Below are positions 51,583 through 61,482 of a DNA stretch of 64,000 nucleotides, in pieces. The notes below the pieces were generated by a model, which was not told the origin of the DNA, ran no database searches, and was given only the letters and a program-made list of their open reading frames with translations. Each line of letters begins with the position of its first letter. Position 1 is the stretch's first letter. The translations under genes and the position numbers were made by a program. Source of the DNA: Patescibacteria group bacterium (GTDB lineage Bacteria; Patescibacteriota; Patescibacteriia; UBA10025; JAHIVO01); assembly GCA_049325535.1 (NCBI GenBank), contig JBMOKY010000001.1, positions 941,942-1,005,941 on the forward strand, in the 5' to 3' direction.

Positions 51583-53406
51583 GTGAACAATTTTTTATCG
51601 AAATTTCGTAAACTCAAATCAAGCTCCACCGATACCGACTCCGGAAATGAACGCCGCTTCACGCCGTCGGTCGATGAACGGGCTGACTGGGAAAAACAGC
51701 TTGTTTTTTCGCTGGCTAAGAAACGATTTCCCACCTGGGAGCAGCTACAATACATCCCCCTGTACCTGTCCAAAAAAGAACGGATTATCATCCGCATCCT
51801 GGTTGGTATCATGATAGCCGGCACCCTCTTTCTGCTGGGAAGCTTCTACCAGCGACACGTCGTGCACTTACCCAAAAACGGGGGCGAATACAGCGAAGCG
51901 TTGGTCGGCCAGCCCGCCTATATCAACCCCCTGCTCGCTCAAAGCGACGTGGATCGTGACCTTACCCGCCTGACCTACGCCAGCCTCTTCCGCTATGACG
52001 AAAATCTCCAGTTGGTACCCGACCTGGCGGAAAGCTACACAGTTTCGGAAGACAAAAAAACCTACACCGTCACCCTGCGCGAGGGTCTGACCTGGCAAAA
52101 TGGCAATGCCCTCCTGGCCGATGATGTGCTCTATACATTTGAGACTATCGCGGATTCAGACTACAACAGCCCCTTTTACTCTACCTTCCGGGGGGTTGGC
52201 GTCTCCCGAATCGACGACCGGACGGTCAATTTCACACTGACCGAACCATTTGCCCCGTTCCTGTCCAATCTCACCATCGGTATCCTGCCGGCACACGTCT
52301 GGGGTGATGTCCAGCCGTCAAATTTCCGTCTGGCGGAATACAATACCAAGCCAATCGGATCGGGGCCCTATGTCTTCAATGAATTGACCAAAGACCGGGC
52401 AGGCACGATCAAGACGTACAATCTCATTCGAAACCCACACTACCATGGCAGCTCCCCGTACATCGACAGCCTCACCTTCCGTTTCTATCCGGATTTCGAG
52501 ACCGCACTGGCCGCGCTCAAGAACGGCAATGCCGATGGGATCAGCTACACACCGAAGGATTACCGCGACAGCATCCAAAAAACAGACAGCATCACCATCC
52601 ACTCACTCCAGTTACCCCAGTATACCGCCGTATTCTTCAATCAAAAAAATGACATCTTCAGCAATGAAAATATCACCAAAGCGCTCGCCCTTGGTTCTGA
52701 TCGCCAGCGTATCATCACTGAGGCGCTCAATGGTCAGGGGAAAATAGTTTATGCGCCAATTCTCGAGGGTTTCCTGGGATATGATGCTGATGCCGAACAT
52801 TTTGACTACAATCCCGAACGCGCGGGCCAAGTATTGGATGAGCAAGGATGGACAGTACCTGAAGGGGGCGGTTTGCGGCAAAAAGATGGGAACGAGCTGC
52901 GATTCTCATTGACCACTGTCGACCAGTCTGAATACCTGAAAACCGCCGATATCCTCCGTGAAAATTGGGAGGCCCTGAATATCGGCGTCGAACTAAAAAT
53001 CATGAACCCGAGCCGCGTCGACAAAGAAGTGATCAAACCGCGTAATTACGAAGCGTTCCTCTACGGCGAAATCCTCGGCTCGGATCCGGATCCATATCCA
53101 TTCTGGCACTCCAGCCAAAGTCTCGAGGGTGGTCTCAACCTCTCAAATTATTTCAATAAAGACGCGGATAAACTGCTCGAGGAAGCGCGCCAAACAGACG
53201 ATCCGACCGTCCGAGGCCAAAAATACGTAGAGTTCCAACGGTTACTGATCTCAGATATGCCGGCAGTATTTCTCTACAGTCCCTCGTACGATTATCCAGT
53301 CAATGAAAAAGTGCGCGGTATCAATACGACGCGCATCACTGTTCCATCGGATCGATACAACGGCATCACCAATTGGCATATCAAAACCCAATTAGGGTGG
53401 CACTAG
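51583..53406 (+). CDS. Peptide ABC transporter substrate-binding protein (family 5)
   Basis: INPL, LVPDLAESY, PIGSGPY and DPYPFWHSSQ motifs; N-terminal TM anchor. Confidence 0.9.
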   Translation: MNNFLSKFRKLKSSSTDTDSGNERRFTPSVDERADWEKQLVFSLAKKRFPTWEQLQYIPLYLSKKERIIIRILVGIMIAGTLFLLGSFYQRHVVHLPKNGGEYSEALVGQPAYINPLLAQSDVDRDLTRLTYASLFRYDENLQLVPDLAESYTVSEDKKTYTVTLREGLTWQNGNALLADDVLYTFETIADSDYNSPFYSTFRGVGVSRIDDRTVNFTLTEPFAPFLSNLTIGILPAHVWGDVQPSNFRLAEYNTKPIGSGPYVFNELTKDRAGTIKTYNLIRNPHYHGSSPYIDSLTFRFYPDFETALAALKNGNADGISYTPKDYRDSIQKTDSITIHSLQLPQYTAVFFNQKNDIFSNENITKALALGSDRQRIITEALNGQGKIVYAPILEGFLGYDADAEHFDYNPERAGQVLDEQGWTVPEGGGLRQKDGNELRFSLTTVDQSEYLKTADILRENWEALNIGVELKIMNPSRVDKEVIKPRNYEAFLYGEILGSDPDPYPFWHSSQSLEGGLNLSNYFNKDADKLLEEARQTDDPTVRGQKYVEFQRLLISDMPAVFLYSPSYDYPVNEKVRGINTTRITVPSDRYNGITNWHIKTQLGWH

Positions 53407-53415
53407 ACGACGTCT

Positions 53416-53502
53416 GGGCGAATGGCGGAACTGGCAGACGCGCACGGTTCAGGGCCGTGTGGGGGCAACCCCGTGGAGGTTCAAGTCCTCTTTCGCCCAC
53501 CA
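53416..53502 (+). tRNA. tRNA-Leu(CAG)
   Basis: GGGCGAA/TTCGCCC acceptor, CACGG-TT-CAG-GG-CCGTG, long variable arm and encoded ACCA. Confidence 0.96.
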
Positions 53503-53615
53503 ATAAAATTAACCAAACACGACATACCTGCTGATAGTACAGGATCACTGACTACCGGGAGCATCGTGACGGTCGGAGACCAGTACGTCCCCGACACTCT
53601 ATACCTAACACCACT

Positions 53616-55331
53616 ATGACAGTTCACAACAAACACAGAACTAAAAAACCAGAATACCAATCAGCAAAAAAGAAGCTGCGTATCATTCCGCTCGGCGGAC
53701 AAGAAGAAGTCGGTCGGAATATGACCATATTCGAATACGGCACTGACATCATCATCCTCGACATGGGCGTGCAATTTCCCGAGGAAGACATGCCGGGTAT
53801 CGATTATATCGTGCCAAACGTATCCTACCTGAAAGGCAAAGAAAAAAACATCCGTGCGGTCGTCTTTTCCCACGGTCACCTCGATCACATTGGGGCGGCA
53901 CCAATTCTTTTGGAAAAACTACAAAACCCTACGATTATTGGCCGGCCACTGACCCTGGCGCTGATAAAAAATCGCGTCGAAGACTACAAAAAGGGAACCG
54001 CTAAATCGCTTCGCACCATAACCATCAAAAAAGTTACCGACCGCCAACGGCTCGGTGAATTCATCGTCAGCTATTTCCCCGTCGATCACTCCATCATGGA
54101 CGCGGTCGGAGTCATCATTCAGACACCAGCAGGAACCGTGATCCATCCGGGCGATTGGACCTATGAAAAAGATCCGCTGAACCGGACGGCGATCCGGTAT
54201 GACCAGCTGGCTCGGCTGCCGCGCCCAACCGTCCTCATGCTGGAAAGTCTCGGATCCACTAATACCAAGGATCGCGTACCGGAACGGGTGATGCATGACA
54301 ATCTCAATCGTCTCATCCGCGAGGCGCCCGGCCGGGTCATCATCGGGACGTTTTCCTCCCAGATCGAACGTATCAAAAACGTCATTGAATATGCCGGCAG
54401 CCAGGGCAAAAAAATCGCCCTCGACGGATACAGCATGAAATTGAACATCGAGGTAGCCAAACAGCTCGGCTATATCAAACCGCCGCGACACACCCTTATT
54501 CCCGTAGATCAAATCCACCGCTTCCCGGATAAACGGGTGGTGGTACTCTGCACCGGAGCCCAGGGCGAACCCAATGCCGTCCTCTCCCGCATCGTCAACG
54601 GAAGTCATCGATTTGTGAAAGTGAAAAAAACCGATACCATCATATTCTCCTCATCAGTCATCCCGGGTAACGAACGGACCATCCAGCGTCTGAAGGACAA
54701 TCTATACCGATTGAGTGACAATGTCGTCCACAGTGACGTTATGGACATTCATTCCAGCGGCCATAGTACCGCCCAAGATATGGTTGAAGTGGTCAATCAG
54801 ATTAAGCCGACCTATTTCGTCCCCGTCTATGCCAATCACTACTTCCTGAAGGAAGCGGAAAAATTACTTATCCGCCAAAAATTTCCCAAAGACAATATCT
54901 TCATTCTGGATAATGGTCAGGTACTCGAAGTAACCCCAAAGAAAACTCAAAAGCTGAATGAAAAAGTACCCGCCGACTATGTCTTTGTCGATGGTTTAGG
55001 CGTCGGCGATATTTCCCATGTCGTGCTCAGAGATCGGCAGATGCTGGCAGCGGATGGGATGTTGGTTATTATCGTTACTGTTGATAAAAAAACCGGCTCT
55101 ATCGTCGGATCACCGGATATCATCTCCCGCGGCTTTATCTACATGAAACACAGCAAGGAATTGGTAGACTCCGTGCGTACCAAAGTAAGAAAAATCCTAA
55201 AAGACCAGGAACCGCGTGCACAAGCGGATGAAACCTACATCAAAAACAAAATCCGCGATCAGATCGGCCAGTTCCTCTTTACCAAAACTGAACGCCGGCC
55301 AATGGTCTTACCGGTCGTAATTGAAGTTTAA
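53616..55331 (+). CDS. rnj: Ribonuclease J
   Basis: IPLGGQEEVGRNM, HGHLDHIG, VDHSI, GAQGEP, HSSGH and RRPMVLPVVIEV motifs. Confidence 0.96.
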   Translation: MTVHNKHRTKKPEYQSAKKKLRIIPLGGQEEVGRNMTIFEYGTDIIILDMGVQFPEEDMPGIDYIVPNVSYLKGKEKNIRAVVFSHGHLDHIGAAPILLEKLQNPTIIGRPLTLALIKNRVEDYKKGTAKSLRTITIKKVTDRQRLGEFIVSYFPVDHSIMDAVGVIIQTPAGTVIHPGDWTYEKDPLNRTAIRYDQLARLPRPTVLMLESLGSTNTKDRVPERVMHDNLNRLIREAPGRVIIGTFSSQIERIKNVIEYAGSQGKKIALDGYSMKLNIEVAKQLGYIKPPRHTLIPVDQIHRFPDKRVVVLCTGAQGEPNAVLSRIVNGSHRFVKVKKTDTIIFSSSVIPGNERTIQRLKDNLYRLSDNVVHSDVMDIHSSGHSTAQDMVEVVNQIKPTYFVPVYANHYFLKEAEKLLIRQKFPKDNIFILDNGQVLEVTPKKTQKLNEKVPADYVFVDGLGVGDISHVVLRDRQMLAADGMLVIIVTVDKKTGSIVGSPDIISRGFIYMKHSKELVDSVRTKVRKILKDQEPRAQADETYIKNKIRDQIGQFLFTKTERRPMVLPVVIEV

Positions 55332-55488
55332 CGAATGCCGCGGAGATTCGAAGGTACGGTACCTGTCGGTAGCACTCACCCCGCATCTGAAGTGAAACGA
55401 CGTGGTGTGGGGTGATATTTCCTGAGCTAATAATGTATACACGGACAATTCCGTCGTCATCGAGGATTAACTGTGCTACAATACCACT

Positions 55489-56613
55489 ATGAACAAGACG
55501 GTATTTTCTGGCATACAACCTTCTGGCCAGCTCCACATCGGCAACTATTACGGCGCCATACGGTCCTGGCTGGAGCTGCAGGCTGACCCAACGCATGACT
55601 GCATATTTGCCGTCGTCGACTATCATGCGCTGACCGAGGGTCCGCGGCCCGCTGATCTGCAGCGGCGCATTTTCGAGACGACAGTCGACTTCGTGGCCGC
55701 CGGTCTCGACCCGAAAAAAAGTATCATCATGCTACAGTCATTTGTACCTGAGCATACTGAGCTTGGGTGGATTTTGAACTGCATCACGCCGATATCCTGG
55801 CTGGAACGCGTGCCCACCTTCAAGGATAAAGCAAAACAATTCAGCGATAATGTAAACATGGGGCTGCTGGATTATCCGGTGCTGATGGCTGCCGATATCC
55901 TGCTGTACAATTCACACCTGGTTCCTGTCGGTCAGGATCAGCTCGCCCACCTAGAACTCGCACGGGAAATTGCCCGGTCATTCAATGCCCGTTACGGTCA
56001 GGTTTTTGTCGAGCCACAATCGCGCGTGACCCCAACCCCGAAAATCATGAGCCTATCCGATCCGACACGCAAAATGAGCAAAAGTCTCGGACCAAAAGCA
56101 TATCTGGCGCTCGCGGATGACCCAGATACCATCCGTAAAAAAATCAAGTCGGCAGTGACTGCCGCCGGAACGGAAAAAGACATAATCCGCCTCTTCCTCA
56201 AACGAAACAAAGAAGTACACATGGAATTCAAAGACATCCCCGCGGCGACCACCATAATCCGCAGTGAGCAGGATCTGTCTGACTTGCAAACCGAGCTCGG
56301 CACGGTCAAATTTCACACCTACATGGCGTATTTCAATATGTATATGCTGCTCTACCTCTTCGGGGAAAAAGCAGACCGCAAACAATTTGTTGACGCACTC
56401 CAATCAGGCGATGTTCGCTTCTCGGTATTTAAGGAAATGCTCATTGAACGTATCATCGCCAACCGAGAACTAGCTGACTTCCGAAAAAAACGCGCCGAAC
56501 TGATCAAATCACCTAAAAAAGTTGAATCACTGCTGATTGCCGGCAGCAAACGCGCCCGAACTATTGCCCAGCGTCATTTACTCCAAATCAAAAAAACAAT
56601 CGGCATTGCATAG
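55489..56613 (+). CDS. trpS: Tryptophanyl-tRNA synthetase
   Basis: SGIQPSG.LHIGNY, YPVLMAADIL, VPVGQDQ and KMSKS motifs. Confidence 0.97.
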   Translation: MNKTVFSGIQPSGQLHIGNYYGAIRSWLELQADPTHDCIFAVVDYHALTEGPRPADLQRRIFETTVDFVAAGLDPKKSIIMLQSFVPEHTELGWILNCITPISWLERVPTFKDKAKQFSDNVNMGLLDYPVLMAADILLYNSHLVPVGQDQLAHLELAREIARSFNARYGQVFVEPQSRVTPTPKIMSLSDPTRKMSKSLGPKAYLALADDPDTIRKKIKSAVTAAGTEKDIIRLFLKRNKEVHMEFKDIPAATTIIRSEQDLSDLQTELGTVKFHTYMAYFNMYMLLYLFGEKADRKQFVDALQSGDVRFSVFKEMLIERIIANRELADFRKKRAELIKSPKKVESLLIAGSKRARTIAQRHLLQIKKTIGIA

Positions 56614-56692
56614 CTGCCAATTCTACCAGCGCATAATTCCCCTCGATCCTTGATTGGGAGCCGAGTTTAGTTTATACCATACCCTGCCTCAA

Positions 56693-57253
56693 TTACGCCT
56701 TCCCGACGTAGTCTCCGGAATCGGTATTGACCACTATCCGATCCCCGGTGGCGATGAAGAGGGGCACATTGACCTCCAGCCCGTTTTCCATGGTGGCTTT
56801 CTTCGTCACTGACCCTTGGGCGGTATCACCTCGGACTCCCGGATCCGCCTGGGTAACCGTATAGGTTACTTTGGTGGGGATTTCTACGGAAATCGGCTGA
56901 CCATTGAAATTGAGCACATCGACTTCCAAATTTTCAATCAAATACTGCGCTGCATCACCGAGCTGCCCGCTGGAAACAAAAAACTGGTCATAGGACTCCT
57001 GATCCATGAAATAATAACTGCCCCCCTCTTGGTAGAGGTAATTCGCTTTGGTCCGGGTGATATCCGCTTCATCAATTTTTTCCTGGCCTTTGAATGATTT
57101 TTCCAAAGTCTGGCCGGTCTTCAAATTTTTCAAGGTAGTGCGCATGACGCCCTGACCCCGACCCATCTTCACAAAGCTATGCTTGGTGATGGCAAACGGC
57201 TCACCATCTACCACAATATACCTGCCCGCCTTCAAATCATTAATCACCAGCAT
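56693..57253 (-). CDS. efp: Elongation factor P
   Basis: KMGRGQG loop, PGVRGDTA and VPLFI..GD.I.VNT..G.Y. Confidence 0.96.
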   Translation of the reverse strand: MLVINDLKAGRYIVVDGEPFAITKHSFVKMGRGQGVMRTTLKNLKTGQTLEKSFKGQEKIDEADITRTKANYLYQEGGSYYFMDQESYDQFFVSSGQLGDAAQYLIENLEVDVLNFNGQPISVEIPTKVTYTVTQADPGVRGDTAQGSVTKKATMENGLEVNVPLFIATGDRIVVNTDSGDYVGKA

Positions 57254-57254
57254 A

Positions 57255-57473
57255 TTATCGAGTGGTATAAGGGATCAGCGCCATGAATCGTGCCCGTTTC
57301 ACGGCTGTCGATAATTTGCGCTGGTGTTTTGCACAAATGCCGGTTTTCTTGCGGGGGAGAATTTTTGCGTACGATGAGAGAAACCGTTTGAGCGTTTCGG
57401 TATCCTGATAGTCAATGTCAACGATACCGTTGATGCAAAAATGGCAATCTTTTTGAAAAGTCTGTTTCATCAT
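57255..57473 (-). CDS. rpsR: 30S ribosomal protein S18 (Zn-binding type)
   Basis: CHFC...IDYQD...[16 protein letters not shown]...KRAR.MALIPY. Confidence 0.97.
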   Translation of the reverse strand: MMKQTFQKDCHFCINGIVDIDYQDTETLKRFLSSYAKILPRKKTGICAKHQRKLSTAVKRARFMALIPYTTR

Positions 57474-57479
57474 AGGTTA

Positions 57480-57917
57480 TTAAAAAGGAATATCTTCCAC
57501 GTTAATTTCAGGTTCAGCCGGCTGGCTGGGCTGGGCCCCCTCTGCCTGCGTCGCTGCCGCGGTGCCGCCAGACGGTGCGCTCCCGGCTCGATCAAGCATG
57601 ATTAAATTTTCCACGATTATTTCGGTGCGATACCGTTTGGTGCCGCTCTGATCATCCCAAGAGCGAGTCTGCAGCCGACCTTCAACGTACAATTTGCTGC
57701 CTTTTTTCACGTACTGACCGACGATATCCGCCAATTTCCGCCATACCACTAGATTGTGAAATTCTACCTGTTCCTTCTGCTGGCCGCTCTGATCGGTCCA
57801 GCGGCGATTGGTCGCCAGGCTAAATGATGCGACCGACTGGCCGCCAGATGTGGCGCGTACTTCCGGATCGCGAGTAACGTTGCCGATCAGCATCACTTTA
57901 TTTAAATTCATGGCCAT
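57480..57917 (-). CDS. ssb: Single-stranded DNA-binding protein
   Basis: LNKVMLIGN..RDPE, VEGRLQTRSW and a C-terminal DIPF. Confidence 0.98.
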   Translation of the reverse strand: MAMNLNKVMLIGNVTRDPEVRATSGGQSVASFSLATNRRWTDQSGQQKEQVEFHNLVVWRKLADIVGQYVKKGSKLYVEGRLQTRSWDDQSGTKRYRTEIIVENLIMLDRAGSAPSGGTAAATQAEGAQPSQPAEPEINVEDIPF

Positions 57918-57934
57918 AAATAATGTTCCTTATC

Positions 57935-58444
57935 CTAAATATTCTCATCATTGAGCAATTCGTCGAGCTTTTTGTCCAGCTCCTCGAGGCTGACTTTTGG
58001 CGCGCCAATTTCTGCTTGCTGAGCCGCGGCGGTCTGCTGCTGCTCGTGCTTTTCCTTTTCTTGAGCCGCGGCGGCAGCCACATGAGCCTGGTGCACTTTG
58101 CGTTCCTGTATCTTTTCCCGGATTCGTTTCTCCTCAGCGAGCTGTTCCGGAGTCTTTAATTCCTTCTTCACGATCAAATACCGTACCACCTCCGGCATCA
58201 GGTGTAGTGCCCGATCGATCTGGCGGACAGCCGCAGATTCACTGTCAAATTCAGCGCTGTGATAGACGCCCTGCTTGAGACGGCCCAGCGCATACCCCAG
58301 TTTTCGCACACCCCACAGGTCATGCGTGGTTAAGACAGCTCCCGCTTTTACCAAAACATCCCCAACCTGCTTTTGCAGTGCTGCGGTGGCTTCGTCCCCG
58401 CTGGCGGGGGCGGTTATGTATAACAAATGATAATGTTGGCTCAT
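57935..58444 (-). CDS. rpsF: 30S ribosomal protein S6 with a long C-terminal extension
   Basis: WGVRKLGY.L.....G.Y and VVRYLIVK motifs; rpsF-ssb-rpsR gene order. Confidence 0.92.
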   Translation of the reverse strand: MSQHYHLLYITAPASGDEATAALQKQVGDVLVKAGAVLTTHDLWGVRKLGYALGRLKQGVYHSAEFDSESAAVRQIDRALHLMPEVVRYLIVKKELKTPEQLAEEKRIREKIQERKVHQAHVAAAAAQEKEKHEQQQTAAAQQAEIGAPKVSLEELDKKLDELLNDENI

Positions 58445-58451
58445 ATATTAT

Positions 58452-58490
58452 GGTCTTAAACGTGCGCCTGCCACATGGGCAGGGGCAATA
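58452..58490 (-). promoter_or_regulatory. Possible S6:S18-binding leader structure
   Basis: GCCCCTGCCCATGTGGCAGGCGCACGTTTAAGACC hairpin just upstream of rpsF; only a loose resemblance to known rpsF leaders. Confidence 0.35.
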
Positions 58491-58580
58491 TATGTTAGGT
58501 AGGGTGAGCTTAGCAGGGCGACCAATGGCTGTCAAGGATATGAGCATTCCACCTAGTTCTTTGCTATACTGGTAGATACT

Positions 58581-59828
58581 ATGGCGACACACTGTTTTAT
58601 TCTTGGCAATAACCCAGTCCTTTCGGTGGCCGAATTCTTTCGGGTACGCCGCCGGTTCGGCGACCCGGGAACAATAATCGATATCACCAGCAGTGTTATC
58701 ATTCTGGAAAACGATTCCCGCGCATCTGAGGAATGGCAACGGCTGCTCGGCGGGATCATCAAGGTAGGCCGTATCGTCTCAACCACCGATACAGAAGCGG
58801 AACTCATCGGGCTGCTCACCCCTGCGTTTCTTCGCTCAGAACTACTGGCTCAGGAGGAACAGAAAGTGCAATTCGGCTTTTCCCTCTACGGCCAGCTGTC
58901 ACAGCGTCGCCGCGAATTTTCCGCGCTTGGTATTCAGCTCAAAAAAATGCTGGCAGGTGATGGGCTGAGCGTTCGTTTTATCGATGCTCCGGAAGGCGCT
59001 CTCTCCAGCGTCCAAGTCACAAAAAATTCCGTAATCGAACGCGGAGCGGATATTCTGGTCATCCGCGGCGGACACCGCCTGTACCTGGGCGTCACCGAAG
59101 CAGTACAAGATTTCGAACGCTATTCGCAGCGGGACTACGATCGGCCGAAGCGTGACGCGGTATCAGGCATGCTGCCACCAAAACTTGCCCAAATTATGAT
59201 TAATCTGGCCGGCATAACACCAGACAAACATTTGCTCGACCCTTTTTGTGGATCCGGAACCATCCTCCAGGAAAGCCTGCTCCTCGGCTACCGCCACATC
59301 ACCGGCTCAGACATCAGCGCGACGGCCACCGCCGCATCACAGGCAAACATCACCTGGTTGCATGAACATTTTCCTGATCTGGCCGGGACTGTCCAATTAT
59401 GTACCAGTGATGTCTCCCGTCTGACCGAGGTAATCCCCGTCAATTCTATTGACGCTATCGTTACCGAGCCGTATCTCGGTCCGCCCATCCGCCGCGAGCC
59501 AGAGGTGATCCAGATGCTGACTACTATCCAGGAATTGGAATCGCTATACCTCTCGGCCTTTCGTTCGTTCGCCCAAATACTCAAATACGAAGGTACGGTG
59601 GCCATCGTCTTCCCCCTGTTCAATACCCGGCACGGTATCTACTCGCTGAAGATATTGGAAACGCTCCAGGCCATGGGTTTTGTCCGGGATAATCCCATCC
59701 CTGACTCCGTATCACTTTTTGCCAAAATCGGCCCGACTGCCCGAGGATCGCTGGTGTACCGTCGTGAAGGACAAACGGTGGAACGCGAACTGTTTGTATT
59801 CACATTTAAAAAAACCGAGGCCGTCTGA
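58581..59828 (+). CDS. Trm11/TrmG10-like SAM-dependent RNA methyltransferase
   Basis: RDYDRP......GMLPPKLA.IMINL, LDPFCGSGT, GSDIS and IVTEPYLGP motifs. Confidence 0.82.
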   Translation: MATHCFILGNNPVLSVAEFFRVRRRFGDPGTIIDITSSVIILENDSRASEEWQRLLGGIIKVGRIVSTTDTEAELIGLLTPAFLRSELLAQEEQKVQFGFSLYGQLSQRRREFSALGIQLKKMLAGDGLSVRFIDAPEGALSSVQVTKNSVIERGADILVIRGGHRLYLGVTEAVQDFERYSQRDYDRPKRDAVSGMLPPKLAQIMINLAGITPDKHLLDPFCGSGTILQESLLLGYRHITGSDISATATAASQANITWLHEHFPDLAGTVQLCTSDVSRLTEVIPVNSIDAIVTEPYLGPPIRREPEVIQMLTTIQELESLYLSAFRSFAQILKYEGTVAIVFPLFNTRHGIYSLKILETLQAMGFVRDNPIPDSVSLFAKIGPTARGSLVYRREGQTVERELFVFTFKKTEAV

Positions 59829-59838
59829 CGACCCCGGT
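59808..59838 (-). terminator. Intrinsic terminator ending the micro-ORF/SD-rich transcript
   Basis: ACCGGGGTCGT-CAG-ACGGCCTCGGT followed by a U-tract on the minus strand. Confidence 0.6.
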
Positions 59839-60304
59839 CACCGTTACTAAAAAATCAGTCAAGCGAGATAACCACCTCCTTATCCCTCAATACAAGGAGC
59901 ATTTTGGATTCGGCAATTCAGGCCGATACTCCAGGGCGGGGGGTCCGTCGCGGTCCCCGCAGGCGGAAACACGCCGCTCCCGGCGCCTTTCCTCGATAGG
60001 GTCAAACGCCCATCACCTCCTTTCACGTACGATGATTGATGTGGATGAAACAGACTGACAAAACAAAGCGTTTCATCATTTCCTCCTTTCGTTCGTGGTT
60101 AAAAGGTGATGATTCACCGCTGCCGGTTTGACCTTCAGCAGCAGTCGCAAAAGGTAATACCGAAGTAACTGATGATTATGCCGATAATCGCCGTGAGCCC
60201 GTTTACACAAAATAAACTCCTTCCTGATGTCCCTGAACAGGTGCGGGTTTTTAATGTTCTCGATATTCTATTCTCCCTTCAGTATAGTACGGCCAGCGAT
60301 AAAA

Positions 60305-61351
60305 TCAAATGCGGAAAAATATAGTATCCCCATCCTGGACCACATATTCCTTGCCCTCGGTCCGCACTTTGCCTAATTCTTTCGCTTTTACTTCCCCACC
60401 ACACTCGACGATGTCCTGCCACGGAGTCACCTCTGCCCGTATAAATTTCTCCTGAAAATCCGTATGTATGACCGCCCCGGCCTGAGGTGCGGTAGCCCCG
60501 CGGGGAATAGTCCAGGCGCGCGTTTCCGTCGGCCCGGCAGTAAAAAAAGTGATCAACCCAAGCAACTCATAGGCGGCGGTAATCAAACGATCCAGACCGG
60601 TTTGTTGCATACCCAAAGATTGGAGATACTCACGGGCGTCAGCCGGGCTCATCGATGCCAGCTCAGCTTCTATTTTCGCGCTGATCACCAGGTGCCCCGG
60701 CGCCGCTTTTGCGATGTCGGTTTCGGCGACATTGAGCACGTACAGCATCGGTTTCATAGTGAGTAAATGCAAATCACGCAAAGCTAAGCGTTCGTCATCA
60801 GTCAAAGTCGCCTGTGATAAAATCGTCCCATGATTAAGGGCATCACGCGCTTTCTCCAGCACTGCTACCTGCCCTTGGGACTCCTTGTCACCGCTTTTAG
60901 CTCGGGGGACCACTTCGGCCAATCGGCGCTCCACCGTGGACAGATCAGCAAACATAAGCTCCATGTTGATAGTCTGTTTATCCGATTCCGGATCAACGCT
61001 GTTATTCACATGGATGACGTTACTGTCCTGAAATTCACGAACCACCTGACAAATCGCGTCTACTTCGCGTATGTGCGACAGAAACTTATTCCCCAGTCCT
61101 TCACCTTTGTGCGCGCCGGCCACCAGCCCGGCGATGTCCACAAATTCAATTACCGTCGGAATCACCTTGGCGGAATTGTACACGGCGGCTAATTGTTCCA
61201 ATCGTCCATCCGGTACCGGCACGGTTCCTACATTCGGATCAATTGTACAAAATGGATAATTCGCCGCATCAACTTGTTTTTTCGTTAATGCCGTAAACAG
61301 GGTTGATTTGCCGACGTTGGGCAGCCCAACTATACCGATAGAAAAGCTCAT
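60305..61351 (-). CDS. ychF: Ribosome-binding ATPase YchF
   Basis: GIVGLPNVGKSTLF, ANYPFCTIDPN, DIAGLV.GA.KGEGLGNKFL and EGKEYVVQDGD motifs. Confidence 0.98.
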   Translation of the reverse strand: MSFSIGIVGLPNVGKSTLFTALTKKQVDAANYPFCTIDPNVGTVPVPDGRLEQLAAVYNSAKVIPTVIEFVDIAGLVAGAHKGEGLGNKFLSHIREVDAICQVVREFQDSNVIHVNNSVDPESDKQTINMELMFADLSTVERRLAEVVPRAKSGDKESQGQVAVLEKARDALNHGTILSQATLTDDERLALRDLHLLTMKPMLYVLNVAETDIAKAAPGHLVISAKIEAELASMSPADAREYLQSLGMQQTGLDRLITAAYELLGLITFFTAGPTETRAWTIPRGATAPQAGAVIHTDFQEKFIRAEVTPWQDIVECGGEVKAKELGKVRTEGKEYVVQDGDTIFFRI

Positions 61352-61482
61352 ATAGTACCAGTATAGCACAGTATACCGACGTCGCGAGCACGTACACCGC
61401 AACGAATGTAGGGCAGCCGCAATTGTAATGATAGTAAATCGTATGCGCTCGCAATGAAAAGCCTAAGTGCTATACTATTACC

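Noticed and set aside
53503-53615. Three small hairpins between tRNA-Leu and rnj as a riboswitch
   Set aside because: No recognisable aptamer consensus; they may be processing or stability structures.
55332-55488. Trp attenuator or T-box upstream of trpS
   Set aside because: The short ORF there (MPRRFEG...) has no Trp codons, no T-box sequence was found, and trpS has a -10 box directly before its ATG.
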